In this document: positions 13,376 to 26,415 of the stretch, in pieces | How positions within the stretch are numbered: position 1 is the stretch's first letter | Layout of the letters: each line of letters starts with the position of its first letter | Assembly (NCBI GenBank): GCA_029717555.1 | Contig: JAMDHS010000040.1 | Location: 62,001-126,000, forward strand | Origin: Peribolospora baueri | Taxonomy: Eukaryota | DNA: 64,000 bases | Direction: 5' to 3' | Translations under genes and position numbers: made by a program | The notes under the pieces: generated by a model | The model's database searches: none | What the model was told of the DNA's origin: nothing | What the model saw: only the letters and a program-made list of their open reading frames with translations

Positions 13376-14021
13376 ATGTCCGTCTTTGCTGACTCGGATT
13401 CGGTGAGCACCACCGGCGAACCCCTTTCTTTCTCCTTCACGCTCACCCCCTTCCCCTTCACGTGCTCGCCAGACCCATGACCCCCTCCAGGTCATGCACG
13501 ACTACAACCTCCAGGTGAGCGAGCCCTTGTCCATCTCTCCTCCCTGTCCACATCGCCCTCGCCCTCGCCCTCGAACGCTAACCCCCACCCCGTCTCTCCT
13601 TTTGCCCTCGCCGCCACGCGCAGAACGACCCGGACCTGGATGTCTCCGTTTCCACCGACGATGATCTCCTCCAGTTTCTCAAGCGCGAGAGAAATACAAA
13701 GTGGGGCGTCCAGCTGCGCACCAAGATCGAGGCCGATGGTCGTGAGTATTGCATGCGTTTTGGATGTCCTCTCGTCATCCGTCCGTCCCTCTCGCCACTC
13801 CCACTCACACCGCCACCGCAAACCCGCTTCTTCTTCTGGTAGACTCCATCGCTTCCTCCGGATGTTCCTCCTGCTCATGGAACAACTCCCCGACCGACAC
13901 GTTCGCCTCGGACGCCTCCAATAACTCTTCCTTCACCAGCCCCACAAGTACCACTGGATCGTACACGCATCACAACGCCGCCAACGAAGTCGAGTACGGC
14001 CATGAGGGCAAGGGCAAGTGA
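13376..14021 (+). CDS. Small 4-exon hypothetical protein (~115 aa)
   Basis: Three GTGAG..AG introns splice in phase (0,0,1): MSVFADSDS|VMHDYNLQ|NDPDLDVSVSTDDDLLQFLKRERNTKWGVQLRTKIEADG|HSIASSGC...GHEGKGK*. No family recognised. Confidence 0.65.
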
Positions 14022-14459
14022 ATCGGGACCCGACGTGGGGGACGCGGCACACGACGACGAGGATTAGACGTTTCGTGACCATGCCTCCCTCGCTCCCGGC
14101 GTAGCTTCTCGCCCCGGTGTTGTGGTCCGGCCCACCCACGCTCCAGTCATCCGTCGCAGCTGTGTCGGGTACGCTTCCGTTCCCCGCCTCACTTTCCGTC
14201 ACCACCATGTTCAACCCCCTTCCCCTCTCTCGGTCCGGTTCGCTCTTTCTGGGACAGCTCGCTTCCGTCCATGGTGCTCCATCCATGTATCTCTTCCTCG
14301 TGATGTACTTGCCGTGTACCACCTATGTATACCCCCCCTCAGCCATAATAATTCCATCCATTCCATTCCGTTTCCAGGCTCCATTCCATGCTCAGAGTGA
14401 GTTCTTTCCTTCGTTTCCAGCCTCCCACCGACCGGCCCATCCATCCGACGCCATCCAAA

Positions 14460-17257
14460 CTAAAGCTCGTCCCTCAGCCTCTGCGCCTCCCGGTCCAGAT
14501 CGACGGCGGCACGACGAGGGAAGCAGACGGCCGGCGTGGACACCTTCATATTGTAGATGCACTTTTCTGCCTCGAAGACGTTTAGCAGTGCGTTTTCTGT
14601 TCCGCACACCAGGTCGACCTGTTTTTTTTTGAAGGAAGAAGGGCACGAATAAGCGAATGGGCCACGTCCCCCTTTCTTCCTCTTCTTCTTGCTCTTCCTC
14701 CCCTCCAGCTCACCTCCACACTCCGTTCCGGGCCGTTCCAGCACTTTGTGCCACGATCGTAGCGCGCATGGGTGTAGTAGTCGTCCGAGTCGGGCGTCGC
14801 GTTTGTGTTCCAGCTCGAAAAGGTTCTTAGGAATGCAACCAAAGAGTGAGTGCACGAAGGGGATCAGCGCGATTCGAAAAGAAGAAAAAAAAAGAAAGAA
14901 AGAAAGAAAGAAAGACGCACCCAAGAGAGGTGGGAGCCCCGCGCCGGGGCTTCTGCAACGCCTTGCCAAACCAGCACAGCTCGTACACGTACTCCCCCGC
15001 CTCCTTGCTCACGCACTCGCCCTCTAACGCCTTGAACTCGGCCTCGAAGCCGTACATCTCCGCCATGCTCGCTAGCTCGTCGCGCTTGGATGAGAGGGAG
15101 TGCGAGACATCCGAAAGCGCCTTCGATGCCGTCGCGTGCGCCGCTCGCGCTTCGCTTACGTCTAAGCGGGCGCGGGCGCGGGCGTGGGGCGAACGGAAGA
15201 AAGGGACGCAGGGAAAGATGGGGATGAGTTGGCTCCCTCGATCCAGTTCCAGTTTACGTACGACGGCCGTCGCCGACGCAGACAAGAAAAGACAAAAAAA
15301 ACTCACGAGGCGACTCCTCCGCACTCGCGCCCCCCGCACCAGCCCTCCGGATCCTCGTCACACCCTGCACGACGTGCGCCTTGACGAGCCACTCGAGCAA
15401 CATGTCCACGAGCTTGTCAAAGACCGGTAGCACAAACTCCGGGAGGTATTCGTGAATCCGATACACTGACCGATCCGATCACAGGCAGATTTGTGATCAA
15501 GTTCCCAGCGAGGAGGTGGGGACGGGAAAAACGATGAGCGAGCGCTGAACGAGGGCGTAGTGAAAGCGACCGAGAAATTCGGACTGCGTATACTCACGCG
15601 TATTCTCCGCCTCGGCCTTGCCCCTCGCCGCCCCATCGTCGTGCATGCCCATCAGGACCTCCAGCGGGTCCCTATCGACGAGTGTCTTCACTGCCTCCTC
15701 GTTCCACTCCTCCGGCTCGTCCTGTGGCAACAAGTACTCCACCTCGTCCCCCGCCAACGCGTCCTCGCCACCTCCCTCAACGCCACTTCCACCCTTCTTC
15801 CACCCCTTAAATCCGACCACGGCGGCCTTGACGGCCATATCCTGGTAGTTGGGGTTGTATCCGCGCGCCAAGTCATCCAGGATGGACGTCAGCATGCGAA
15901 GCTCCGCCTTGAGCTGCGCGTTGCGCCCCGACAGGAAACGGAGAGCGGACTGATGGGTTTGGAGCGTGGCATAGACCGCTGAAATGAGAGAGGAAGCGGA
16001 GGGCGAACCAGCATCACGCGCGTCAGTGTCACGCCCGGACGTCGGGCCATGGCCGGGCACCGCGATCCCACTCACGAGAAGCCTTCTTCCTTTCCATCTC
16101 CTCCTTGCCAACGCTCTCCGCCTCTTCCAAAACAGCTGGTAGTGGTGGGGCGGAAAATTTTCGACGCGCAATGAGCGTTCATGCTCGTCCGTGCCTCCCT
16201 TCACACACAACGCGCGGACTCACCTTGAAGCCTGGCCTCCTCCGCCCACTTCACCCCTTCCTCCACCTCCAACGTAGCGATCTCCGCCTTAAGCCTCTCC
16301 CTCTCCTTCTCCGCCTTGGCGATGTAGCTCGCCCGGATCTTCGCACCCGCCCTGCGCGTGTTCTCCTCCTGCGCCAGGCGCTTCCGGTGCTCCGCTCCGA
16401 CCTTCTTGCACACGTTCGGACACGCCCCCGTCAGGTATTCGTCCGAGCCGTCGCAGCATTCCGGGTCTGGGCGAGTAAACAGGCGCGGGAAAGCCAGCGG
16501 TGGTGCCAACGTCAATCAAGACATCTCCTCGGTAAGCTCCATGGCGAACGGACACAGCGGGTCACAGTGGTCCTCCGGTCCCGTCCAAGTGCAGCTTGAC
16601 TCACCGCAAACGCCATCGTTGACGCGAGAAGACAGGACGTAGCCTGGAATGTGGCCCTCATTGTCGCAGTAGAAGCGGGAGTTGGGGCATGCGGACGTTC
16701 CTGTTGGAAGGGGGCGAGAAGAACCAGAGAATGCATAATTCCGGAAGTACATTAAGTCAGTGACTGGCCCGCTACACGGGCCATGGAAGACGTCGAATGT
16801 CGAGACATGTGCGAGGAAGAAGAGGATATCGGCACGCCGAGTTCCAATTAAATCAGAGATGACCCTCACCAGGCTCATCCGACCCATCCTCACAATCGCA
16901 ATAGTCATCGTTCACGGCAGCAAAGGGTATCTCTTTCGATCCGTCCAGACAGCGAAAGGTGTTTTGAGCAGAGGGAGCGTAGAATTGGGCCCCTGTCCGT
17001 GGGTCGGCCGCGCGAGGAGAACGGGCAACAGAATCGCAAGGAAAATGTCTAGGTCAGCCCGTAAATACGTCCACCATCATCCTCGTCTCACACTCACTCG
17101 CCGAACCGACGCCACGAGGCCGCTGCTGAGCGAGAGCGATGCCCACACCCAGACCGGACGGGCCGAGGCCGAGGAGGAGGGCGAGGGGCAGGGCGAGGAG
17201 GGAAGTGGTGAGGAGCAGATGCTTTCCCGTCCGGGGCTCGATCCCTGCGAGCCGCAT
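14460..17257 (-). CDS. GTB1: Glucosidase II beta subunit (PRKCSH/Gtb1)
   Basis: Signal peptide, LDLa-like Cys region ([37 protein letters not shown]), [14 protein letters not shown] domain ([22 protein letters not shown]) and C-terminal ER-retention RDEL*. Confidence 0.95.
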
Positions 17258-17582
17258 CTTGGACGATGGCGCTGTCTGTCAAGTCGTTTTGTTCAGCCTG
17301 AGGTGAGAGGGAGTGGGGGGATGGAGTGGGCCGTTGGCGGCCACGTAGCGCATGTAGGCGTGAGTGATCGAAGGCGTGCTGCGGCTGAAGCGGCGAAAAG
17401 AAAGCGTTGCTTGTCGTCGTCGTTCAATCCTTCGCGACGACGACGACGACGTCGTGACAACACCCACAAGTGAGCCATTCGTCTCTCTTGTAGCACACCT
17501 CTCGGTCTGAGCAAGACAGATGGACGGCGTACTGAACCCCTGCACCTTTCCGCGACTAAATCCCTCCATTTGATTTTGTAGC

Positions 17583-18077
17583 ATGCTCGCGCGAACAGCA
17601 CCCGTCGGCCTTCGCTGCTGCACCTGCCTCGCTCGCCCTCCGTCGACAGTGGCCTCGTCCCGTCTCGCCTCGACGAGCTCGCGGCGCCCATCCGCTGCGC
17701 TCCCACGAGCGGTGCCGACCTTCCCGGCTACCTACCTCCTCTCCGACGGCTCCTCCATCACCCTCAACTCCACCTCTCCCAAGACGTTCGTGAAGCTCAC
17801 CAGGGACACCACCAACCACCCGCTGTGGAACCCGTCGATGGCGCGCTCGAGGGGAGAGAGCGACGACGAATCAGGGAGGTTGGGAAGGTTTGCAAGGAGA
17901 TTCGGCGCTGGCGGCGACGGATCTCGCTCGCCTGCTTCTGCGCCTGCGCCTGGCACAGGCGCCGAGGAGGCCGTGCAGGACGGTGGGTTCACGGAGGACG
18001 ACTTCGCGTGGATGACTGGCGGTACGGAAGTCACTGCTAGCAAACAGCCGGTGGGAGCTAAGAAGGGCAAGAAATAG
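17583..18077 (+). CDS. MRPL36: Mitochondrial ribosomal protein bL31m (MRPL36-like)
   Basis: Arg/Ser-rich presequence followed by TYLLSDGSSITLNSTSPKTFVKLTRDTTNHPLWNP...GRLGRFARRF. Confidence 0.85.
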   Translation: MLARTAPVGLRCCTCLARPPSTVASSRLASTSSRRPSAALPRAVPTFPATYLLSDGSSITLNSTSPKTFVKLTRDTTNHPLWNPSMARSRGESDDESGRLGRFARRFGAGGDGSRSPASAPAPGTGAEEAVQDGGFTEDDFAWMTGGTEVTASKQPVGAKKGKK

Positions 18078-18525
18078 GTTGTCGGCATGTGGGGTGGGGA
18101 TGGCCGGTCTTCTATCGTGCACATGCAGGAATTAGATCTTACGCACTCTTCGGCTGTTCCTCATTCCCTAACCCGAGCCATGGACGCACGTGCCAAGTTC
18201 GAAACGCTCGTTTTCAGCTCTCGCTTCAATCTCAGCTACTCTTAGAACGTACCAGCTGGTGGGACTCTTCGTGTAAGGCCGGCTAACAAGCGCACCACCT
18301 TAGTCGAGACGGGCGCCGCGCTGGCTGAAAGCTCGGGCGTCGTGAGCCACTAGAGATGCCACTGTATTCCTGGCCGTCTTTGTCGAGATGGATAAAGATG
18401 CACAATCTCCGAGCAGGCGAGCATAGACTCGAAGATGGGTGAAGGGTAACGGGGTCTGAAATTGACCTGCGTATATACAAATCCAGCCAATGCATCTCAA
18501 CGCGACATCGATCGTCCATATCTCC

Positions 18526-19714
18526 CTAGAGGGCGCCCTGCAATATCCTGACAAGTGCAAAAGGACGGGGCGAGACAATCGAAGACGACGGTTAGTCTGG
18601 TAATCAGCGCCCGTCGCCGGCGTTGTCGAAGGACGGACAAGGCTACCGCCTGCCCCCATCCATCCAACCAAAATACCAGCTTTTGGTAAAATGATCGATG
18701 CCAAGGACTTGTCGCATTACTCACCTCTGGGTCATCCTTTCCTTGAACGTCGTGTAGGCGTTCATGATCATCTGCTCGTTGATCTGAAGCTCGGTCGCGT
18801 CTGGCTTGGGTCGAGACACGCGGGATGCGATCGTAGTCGAGTCGGTTTCGAGGATGACACTGGAGAAAATGGAAAGTGAAACGTAAAAGCATCGATCAGA
18901 ATGGAAAGGCATCTACTTGACTGGCTCGTGACGAGGAAGAGACGCTAGAGGCCGACCCGCTCAGGCGATCACAATACACAACCACGCTCACCCGTCATCG
19001 ATCGTCTCATCCAGGCACAGTGTCACCAGATCCAAGTTCTCCAAGATCGCCCTCTTTTCCACCGAATGCCGAAGGAGCATGCTTGTAGCGTCGTAGAAGC
19101 TCTGCAACGCGCCCGACAGCATCAGCTCATTCTCGCCCTGCGGGCCGATCACGTAGAAGATGACATCGAGGGAGGACTTGTAGAGTACTAGGTGCCCGTC
19201 CAGAAGAAGGATGTCGCCTGCGGAGAGGGAGAGTGGAAGACGAAGGTGCACAAACGTCGAAGCGCGCCATCTATGAGCCATGCGATGATCCGAGTCGCAC
19301 CTGGAACCCTCCACCGCCCCTCTCTCTCTAGGTTTTACTCGACTCCGAGAGCACGACTCACCACTCGCCCTCCTCGTCTTCTCCCAAACGTTCTTCTCGA
19401 AAGCGCGTTGCTCCTTGTGAGTCTGAAAAGGGTTCTTGGCGCTCAACTGCGCCGGTCCGCCGGCGACGTTCGACCGCTTTCCAGGAGCGACTGAAGACGG
19501 TCCATTTCCGATATCGGCGTGGTGAGGTTGGTAGTATTTTGCAAGTATACGATTGCCATCCGAGTCGAGGATCAGGACGCACGTCGTTGTATAAAGAGTG
19601 AGGTTGGACTGGAGCACCAAGATCACGGAGCGGCCGGTCAGCCGTCCAACGTCAGCACGAGCTGCCATAGAAGACGACCACGGCAGAGAGCTCGGCGGCG
19701 CCCCTACTCACCAT
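18526..19714 (-). CDS. RET3: Coatomer subunit zeta
   Basis: LILDSDGNRILAKYY, KEQRAFEK, ENELML, VEKRAILENLDLVTLCLDETIDDG|VILETD. The first coding exon is ATG only and the last exon reads RILQGAL*. Confidence 0.93.
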
Positions 19715-19983
19715 TGTGGCGAGATGAACCGCGCCGGAGACGCGAACGGTGAGACGTGTCTAAGGACGTGAAGGTGCGAAGCTGGACGAACGACATCCCA
19801 GCTTGGGCTACAGCACGAAGCAGCCAGCCAACGCAACCACGGCCCGAGCCGTATCTGCCGCAGCACGAGGGAGAAGCTAGGGTTACTGGAAGGGCGACGT
19901 CGGAGCGACACGGGAGCTGCGATCGAACGGCACACTTCGCACTTCCCTCCCATCACCACGACCTCGCCTCGTCTCGCCTCGCC

Positions 19984-20853
19984 ATGGCTCCCCCTTCGCC
20001 CTTCACGGCGGCCCACCGCGCCTATGTGAGCTCTCTCTACCGCCGCTACCTCAAGAACAGCCTCGACTGGGCCGTCCGGCGCGACCTCTGGCGCGACGAG
20101 GCCATCGAGATCCGGGCCGAGTTCGAGCGCAACCGCAACATTACCAACCCGAGAGAGCTTGCGAGCGTGCTCGAGGCAGCTGAGAAGAGGTTGCAGGCTG
20201 TTGCCCATCCTGACCCGTACAGACGTGAGTCCTCGGAAACGTATAGGCGTTTAAGCATGAACGTAGCATACCAAGTGCGAGCAAGAGCCGTGCTCAAGGC
20301 TCTCTGCTCTCTGTCCCGGCCTACTTCGTTTAAACCTCGGTGTTCACACCTATTGGACATGCTCCTATTTATTTCCTTGCCCCAACAGCCCCCCTATTCC
20401 CCGACGGCACGAAATGGTACGTTTCAAAGGCTTGTCATCATACCATAGCTGCGACTGCGGGTTGCCGAAGTTGTTCGAAGACTGGGCGTGCGGATAGTCC
20501 ATCGACTGGGACGCACGTGAAGAAAAGGCATAGATACGAGACATGTTCTACGGTCCCATTCATGGTCTTCACCTTCGTCAACGCCGGAGGCGGAAGGGCC
20601 ACGGGCTGCTGGTTTCGCTGACCTGTCGTGATTGCTTGCTTGTTTTGTGCTCGCCTCTTCTTTCTCTGCCTTCAGGGAACGCAACCGGCCAGTGAGTGTC
20701 TTCCCTCTTCCCATCCGACGGCGTGGCCTTCATATGTTGTATCCTCTCTTTGCACTGAGGACTGAATGCCTTCTCTTTCTTTACCAACCATGCTTGCAGC
20801 CCCGTATGTTCTCCGAGGAGGAGAAGCGCGCCGCCCTGTCCGCTCATCACTGA
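19984..20853 (+). CDS. NDUFB9: Complex I subunit NDUFB9/B22 (LYR motif)
   Basis: SLYRRYLKNSLDWAVRRDLWRDEAIEIRAEFERNR...HPDPYR|PPLFPDGTKW|ERNRP. Confidence 0.93.
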
Positions 20854-21107
20854 GGCGTCATGGACAAATCTCGCTCTCTCCGCCCGACTTTCTTCTGTTG
20901 CTTCCGTCTTGAGCATAGGTGTGGACCTGTCTTCTACACGTCAATCCGCGTTGGAAAGAACTAGAACGCACGCTTGCTAGAACAGCCAACGAACTGGTAG
21001 CGGAAGGCGCAGATAGACGACGATTGCATTCTTCGTCCATGGGCGAGGAGGGGCAGAGCAGAAAGCAACGGTGGGCGAGAAAGGTGGAAAAGGACAATTG
21101 GACGAGG

Positions 21108-24100
21108 TTACGTCGGCCTACTGCTCGACCTATGCACAGCGTAATGGTCGTTGTAGGTCAATCGAATGTAAAGGAACTTTACGTCCGCGTCAGGATGACG
21201 CTGCAGCGCAGCCAACAGTCCCAGGACGCTTTCGCGAAAAGAGCCCGCAAAGGACTGAATGCGGCCCCTAATCGCTTCCAATCGATCCGGCCCTCCGCCA
21301 CCGAAGCGGGGTTGGTTACGCGACGACGGTGGATTTTCAAGGCCTTGTCGCTCCAGGTCATGTTGCATGTCTCGATCTGCCATCTCTTTGAGCATCCAAT
21401 CGTAGAGATCGTCCTGAGGGAGCGAAAAGAAGGATATTTTAGTAAGCTCATTTAAAGAAAATGGACTGCACCTGAAGGCCCACGGCTACTCACGAGGGAT
21501 TCTCGGTAATCTAGGATGATCTGCAAGACTGTTCGGAGTTGGTCGAGGAGGACATACTGAGACGATTGAAAGAGCTTATCAGCCAACCTCTGTCGAAGAT
21601 TCTTCCCGAACGTTTCGCGGCGAATTCGAATTAACGACCTAAGTGGGGGTTTCAAGCTCACCTCCTCCCCTTTCTTCCTCCCAAGCAGAAGCGCCTTGCT
21701 GACCAGCCTCCGAACATACGCCTTGTGCTGCTTGATCAAAGCGTCGAGGTCGAAACCTGCTGACCGCTGCGTAATGGACTGTACGAGATCTTGCCAGGAG
21801 CACTCAATCACTTCCAGTTGACAGTACGCTTGCACTTGGCGCACGAAGTGGATCATCTCCGACAGTACTAGGCGAGGTTGGCGCCATTCTGCCTCAAGAC
21901 TTTGCACCCAGTCCTTTTCGAAGCCTGATAACAATGAGAAGCCAGGAGGAAACGCCTGTCTGCATGGAGATCTCACCACAGCCATTGACGCTGCTGGAGG
22001 AGTACGTCAACTGCAGGCGAACTCACGAGCAACGACTTGAATCGCATTCCTCACGCCATTGATGGCCCTTTTCCAAGCCTCTCCAAGGGCAATTTCAACG
22101 CGTTTGAGCCTCCAAAGATGCGTGAACATCTTCTGGTAGTCGGCCATGTTATCCTCATCTAGGATGGTATTGATCGGAGAATCCACCTTGTACTCGAGCG
22201 TGAAAACCCCCCAGCCAATTTCGCCTTGCTGGTACTCGAGCATACGTGCGTCCAAACGGCGCAACACGTCCGGGCTGTCATGCTGTGCGTTGGAGCCTCG
22301 GATCGCCTCGGTGAGAGTGGCCGTCAGGTTATGCCGGTAAAGCGAATTGGCGGGCCGAGACAGGCTTGGTCTAAAAGAAGGAGGTCAGAGAGAGAAAGAG
22401 AGCAATCGTAAGCGCGTGTGTGCATATGCCAGAAGCACTGACCGCCAAACCAAACGACTGACAGACTCACGCTAGCGAGGACATTAGGATATCGACGAAA
22501 TCGCCCATTCCCAGCATGAAATACTGCTTGAGCGCGCGCAAATGGTCCAGGAGTTTGAATTTGTCAAGGAAAATGTCGAGCAACCGCTGGCTGGCGATCG
22601 AATAGGCCGCGTCAATCGTTCGTTCCAAACCGGCTATGTCGCTGTACTTCAGGACTGCAGCGAGGAAATACTCGGGATGCCTTAGCATGTGAATCCCTCG
22701 AACGCGACTGCCGACCCGGCAAGCACTCACCTTTGCCAGCGCTATCCAACGTCGTCCGCGTAGCCACCCAGTCGCTATCCCCGCAGCTATATCGAATGAA
22801 GTTCAAGCTCTTTCCGGTGGAAAAGATCTGAGTGAGACACAACACGCGAAGGAAAAAAGAACGGTTCAAACAAAGTCTTTCGTCCGTTGAGATAACGTCA
22901 AGGCCGTTTACCTTTCGTCCGAATTCCTCTCCCACGAACGCCGGTAGCATGTCTTTGTTGAATTGGTACTTGCTCTGCCAAAGTAAGGCTGCGTCCTCAT
23001 CCTCCTTGTTGTTCCACGCCTCAAATCCGAGCGCGTCGTCGTCTCCGCCTCCGTGCCCGGGACCAGCCACAGCCGGCCCCACGAAAGGACGCGAGGAAAG
23101 CTGGTCCGCGAGCTCGGGATTGACCTGGACAAAAAACTCCTTGAACGGGTCGTGCAATTCGCCCTCGTAGATCCATTGGGACAGGGAGTGGAAGAAAGGC
23201 TTGGACACCTCCTCTAGCAGTTGATCCGTAAAACGACGAATGAACGGGTCGCCGTGGTCCGTGTAAGAGTGTATCAAGGAAACTAGGGCGCCCCCGTGTG
23301 AGTCTACCGATGACAAGACCCTTGGTCAGCAGCCGAGCAGAGAAACACATTTGACACGCTCACATAGGTCGAGTGTTGGTACACAGAGATCAACTCACCC
23401 GCACAACCCTCGGCAAGTGCACTCATCATCCTCATCCTCAACCTGCACTCCTCTGTCCATACTACCAACCTCTTCAGCGTCAAACCCGTTCTCGAGTCAA
23501 AATCCAACTCCTGCACCGTGTTGAGCCCCGCTGAAGGCGTCCCTGCACGGTCTTGTTCGTCGCGCTCGCTTCCTTTTGGGTCGATCTGTTGGTTGCTAAC
23601 GGCGCTCACGCGGGCCATTTGTGATTCGAGAATGGCGATGAGACGATAGTAGTCGGTGAGCTCGTTGGTGAGGAAATGACAAAGACTCTATAGACAGTAG
23701 CGATGGTAGAAAAAATTCACTTGAATTACCGTTCCAAGGAAAGCGTATTTAAGAGACGTATAAACGGACGAACGTACCTGCTCAATCATTCCCGTCTGCT
23801 CCTTCGCCTTATGCTTGGAGAACGTCTCTACTTTTCGATACAGCCAGCCAAGCTCCGCCAGTCGATGTATTAGGTCTCGTCTCGGACGAGGAATACAACA
23901 CTGAGGTGTAGGAAAGCAAGGATAAATACGGCATCCGAGCAATGGACCAAAGCAAACAGAGCAGAAAGCCGTTCGACCCTTACCTCGTCCTCCTCTACGA
24001 AAATCAGCCGGCCCAACCCTTCGTCAATAGCAGGCCCATCTGCTACATTCGCCGCGGGCACCCGCACTGTACGTCGGTCGTCGAATCGAATGTAGCGGCC

Positions 24101-24418
24101 GTTGATGCCTTGCAAGATGAAAATTATGTCGCGCAACAGGTCTGCCTCTGCAACCTCTGGTCGCCCTGGAAGAAGAGCAACATCATCAACGGTAGTAAGC
24201 ATGGGCACATATACGTGTCCTTTACAAAACCAACCAGGGGCACACATACCGATCGACTGCCTCCAGCGCTGCAGCAATGCCCTCTTGGACACCTTCCTCG
24301 TCGTCGGCGCCCTTTGCGCATGCGCAACCAAGCGCTCGTCCTCCGGCGTCTCCCTCGCCTTTCCCTTAAACGAGGAGCTGGACGGTCTGGAGCGCATAGA
24401 CTGGCGACTCGCGGACAT
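21108..24418 (-). CDS. SPC98: Gamma-tubulin complex component 3 (Spc98/Alp6/GCP3)
   Basis: EADLLRDIIFILQGING, HGDPFIRRF, IFSTGKSLNFIRYSC, LLMGDF-type LGMGDFVDILM, RRLDARMLEYQQGEIGWGVFTLEYKVDSP, QLEVIECSW and RLTYNDHY. The start codon is uncertain. Confidence 0.92.
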
Positions 24419-24670
24419 GGCTTGACGACACAGGTAGGGACGTCTGCAGGTGACGGTCGACGAGTTTGCCAGGTGGTTTCGAGATCCGACTCGTCGCGCT
24501 CCGACGGCGTAGATGACCGTCGTGACGCGCTGCGCGTCCACCTCGTGACGGACGTTTGCCGCTTCTCGCCGCCCATCTCCGCCCACTTGTCCGATCACAT
24601 TTTGTTTCTAGGTCTTCGGGACTCGACCCGGTCTTCGTCTTGTCCAAGCCCCACCTGCCCCGGTATCGAC

Positions 24671-26205
24671 ATGGCAGTCATCACATCATGGGAGGACGCC
24701 CCCAAGCGGGTGCAGGGTCCCGCTCCCAGGAAGACGTTTGAGGAGACGTTGTCCGAGTTCGACGACGTGCCGCTCTTTATGAGGTCTCTTCCTAACGAGG
24801 TTGAGAAGAACGAGGCACTGAGCGCTTTGCAGACCTTGGCTCATGATGGAACGCCTGACGGTTAGTGGTGCTGGCTCCGTGAGCCATAGGACGTCTGAGG
24901 TGTTGTCCAAGGACCGCACACCGTACTGAGTTTTCCCACTCTCCGCTCCCCGTGCGCCTACTGTCCTTCAGAGGTTGCAGCCAATTTTAAGTCTCAGGGC
25001 AACGACTACTTCATGGGCAAGCGATATCGGGAGGCCGCCGACTTCTTCACGCAGGCACTGGACGCGAAACCGGAGGACAAGGTGTTAAAGGAGTCAATCC
25101 TGAACAACAGGGCGGCGTGCAACCTAGAGCTAAGTGCGCTGGTTCCTTGATGTACTACTGGCAACGATGAGCATTATGCCGGACGGTGAGCTCGCTCATG
25201 CTGTCTTCTTATTCAACGATTGTCTATAGCAGAAAATTACGGACGGGTCCTGGCCGATTGTAAAGCGGCGCTCCTGCTCAACCCGTCCTCTCAAAAAGCA
25301 TTTTACCGTTCCGCACGAGCTCTACTCCTCTTGGACAAAGTTGACGAGGCTTTAGACTGCTGCGGGCGAGCATTAAAAAATGACCCCGGCAACGGTCCGA
25401 TGAAGGTCGTGCAGCAGAAGGCGAGGGAGCGAAGGGAGGGGAAGTGGCGGGGTGATGCGGAGAAGACGGAGCGCGAACGACGAGATCGAGAGACAAAAAA
25501 GGCTCTAAGCCAGGCTTTCCTCGTGAGTTGTGTTCACGTCGAGAAGCAGGAGTGTGCCCCATTTTCTCGTGCACCTTATCAATCGAAATCTTGACAATGC
25601 ACCTCTTTCAGGCTCGTGGCCTAATCGTCGAAAACTCGCCTCGGCCGCCGGACAACCCTCATCCGCCGGTCTTCGACCCAGCCTCCCTCCCGCCCTCCTC
25701 CTCAGCCTCTCTGCCTCTCGTCCCCGCACACCTTAACTCAACATCACTACCAGAGCCTCCAACATGGACCGCTCCGGATCCGATCCGAACGCCGGTGGCC
25801 TTCCCGGTCTTCCTCCTCTATCCACAACACTCTCAGTCCGACTTTGTAAGCGAGTTCCACGAAGACACGAGACTCGGCGATCAACTCGACGTCATGTTCC
25901 CACCAGAGTCGAGGGGTAGCTTGCCCTGGGATGCCAAGGGAGAGTACGTAAGCTCCAATTTGGTACTTTACGCAACGACAAAGGGCAAGAAGATCTTCAA
26001 GGCGGGGAAGAAGCTCACGCTGCGCGAGCTGATGGACAAGGCCGCCGATCTGGGCGGTGCGGATCCAAACCAGAGGGATGGCATGGTCATCAAGGACGGG
26101 TGTCTTAGTATCGTCATTGTTCCCAAGGGAGAAGCGGAGAAGGATTGGGTGGAGGCGTTTAAGAAGGATCGCGAGAAGGGTGGGGATGGCAAACTGACGT
26201 GGTGA
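24671..26205 (+). CDS. CNS1: Hsp70/Hsp90 co-chaperone Cns1/TTC4 (TPR + wheel domain)
   Basis: PLFMRSLP, VAANFKSQGNDYF, NNRAACNLEL, NYGRVLADC, KAFYRSARAL, FPVFLLYPQHSQSDFVSEFHED. Confidence 0.92.
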
Positions 26206-26415
26206 AGAACTTTGTAGCATTGACATTAGCCCCTTTTTTTTGGCACGTTCTGGGTGAGATTTGAGTGAATATGGAGATGTCAGGACGTGCGCGTCTCTCG
26301 TCGATGTCACCCAGCCATTCTCTCGACCTCGGTAATCCTAGTGATGCAACTTAATAGAACTAAAAGTCCGGAAGGAAAATACAAGATGTACCTTGCAATT
26401 AAGCATGCTGTACCG

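Noticed and set aside
12522..13392. Coding ORFs between IQG1 and the small orphan gene
   Set aside because: They are dominated by CT/TTCC microsatellite-like sequence and are probably UTR or promoter DNA.
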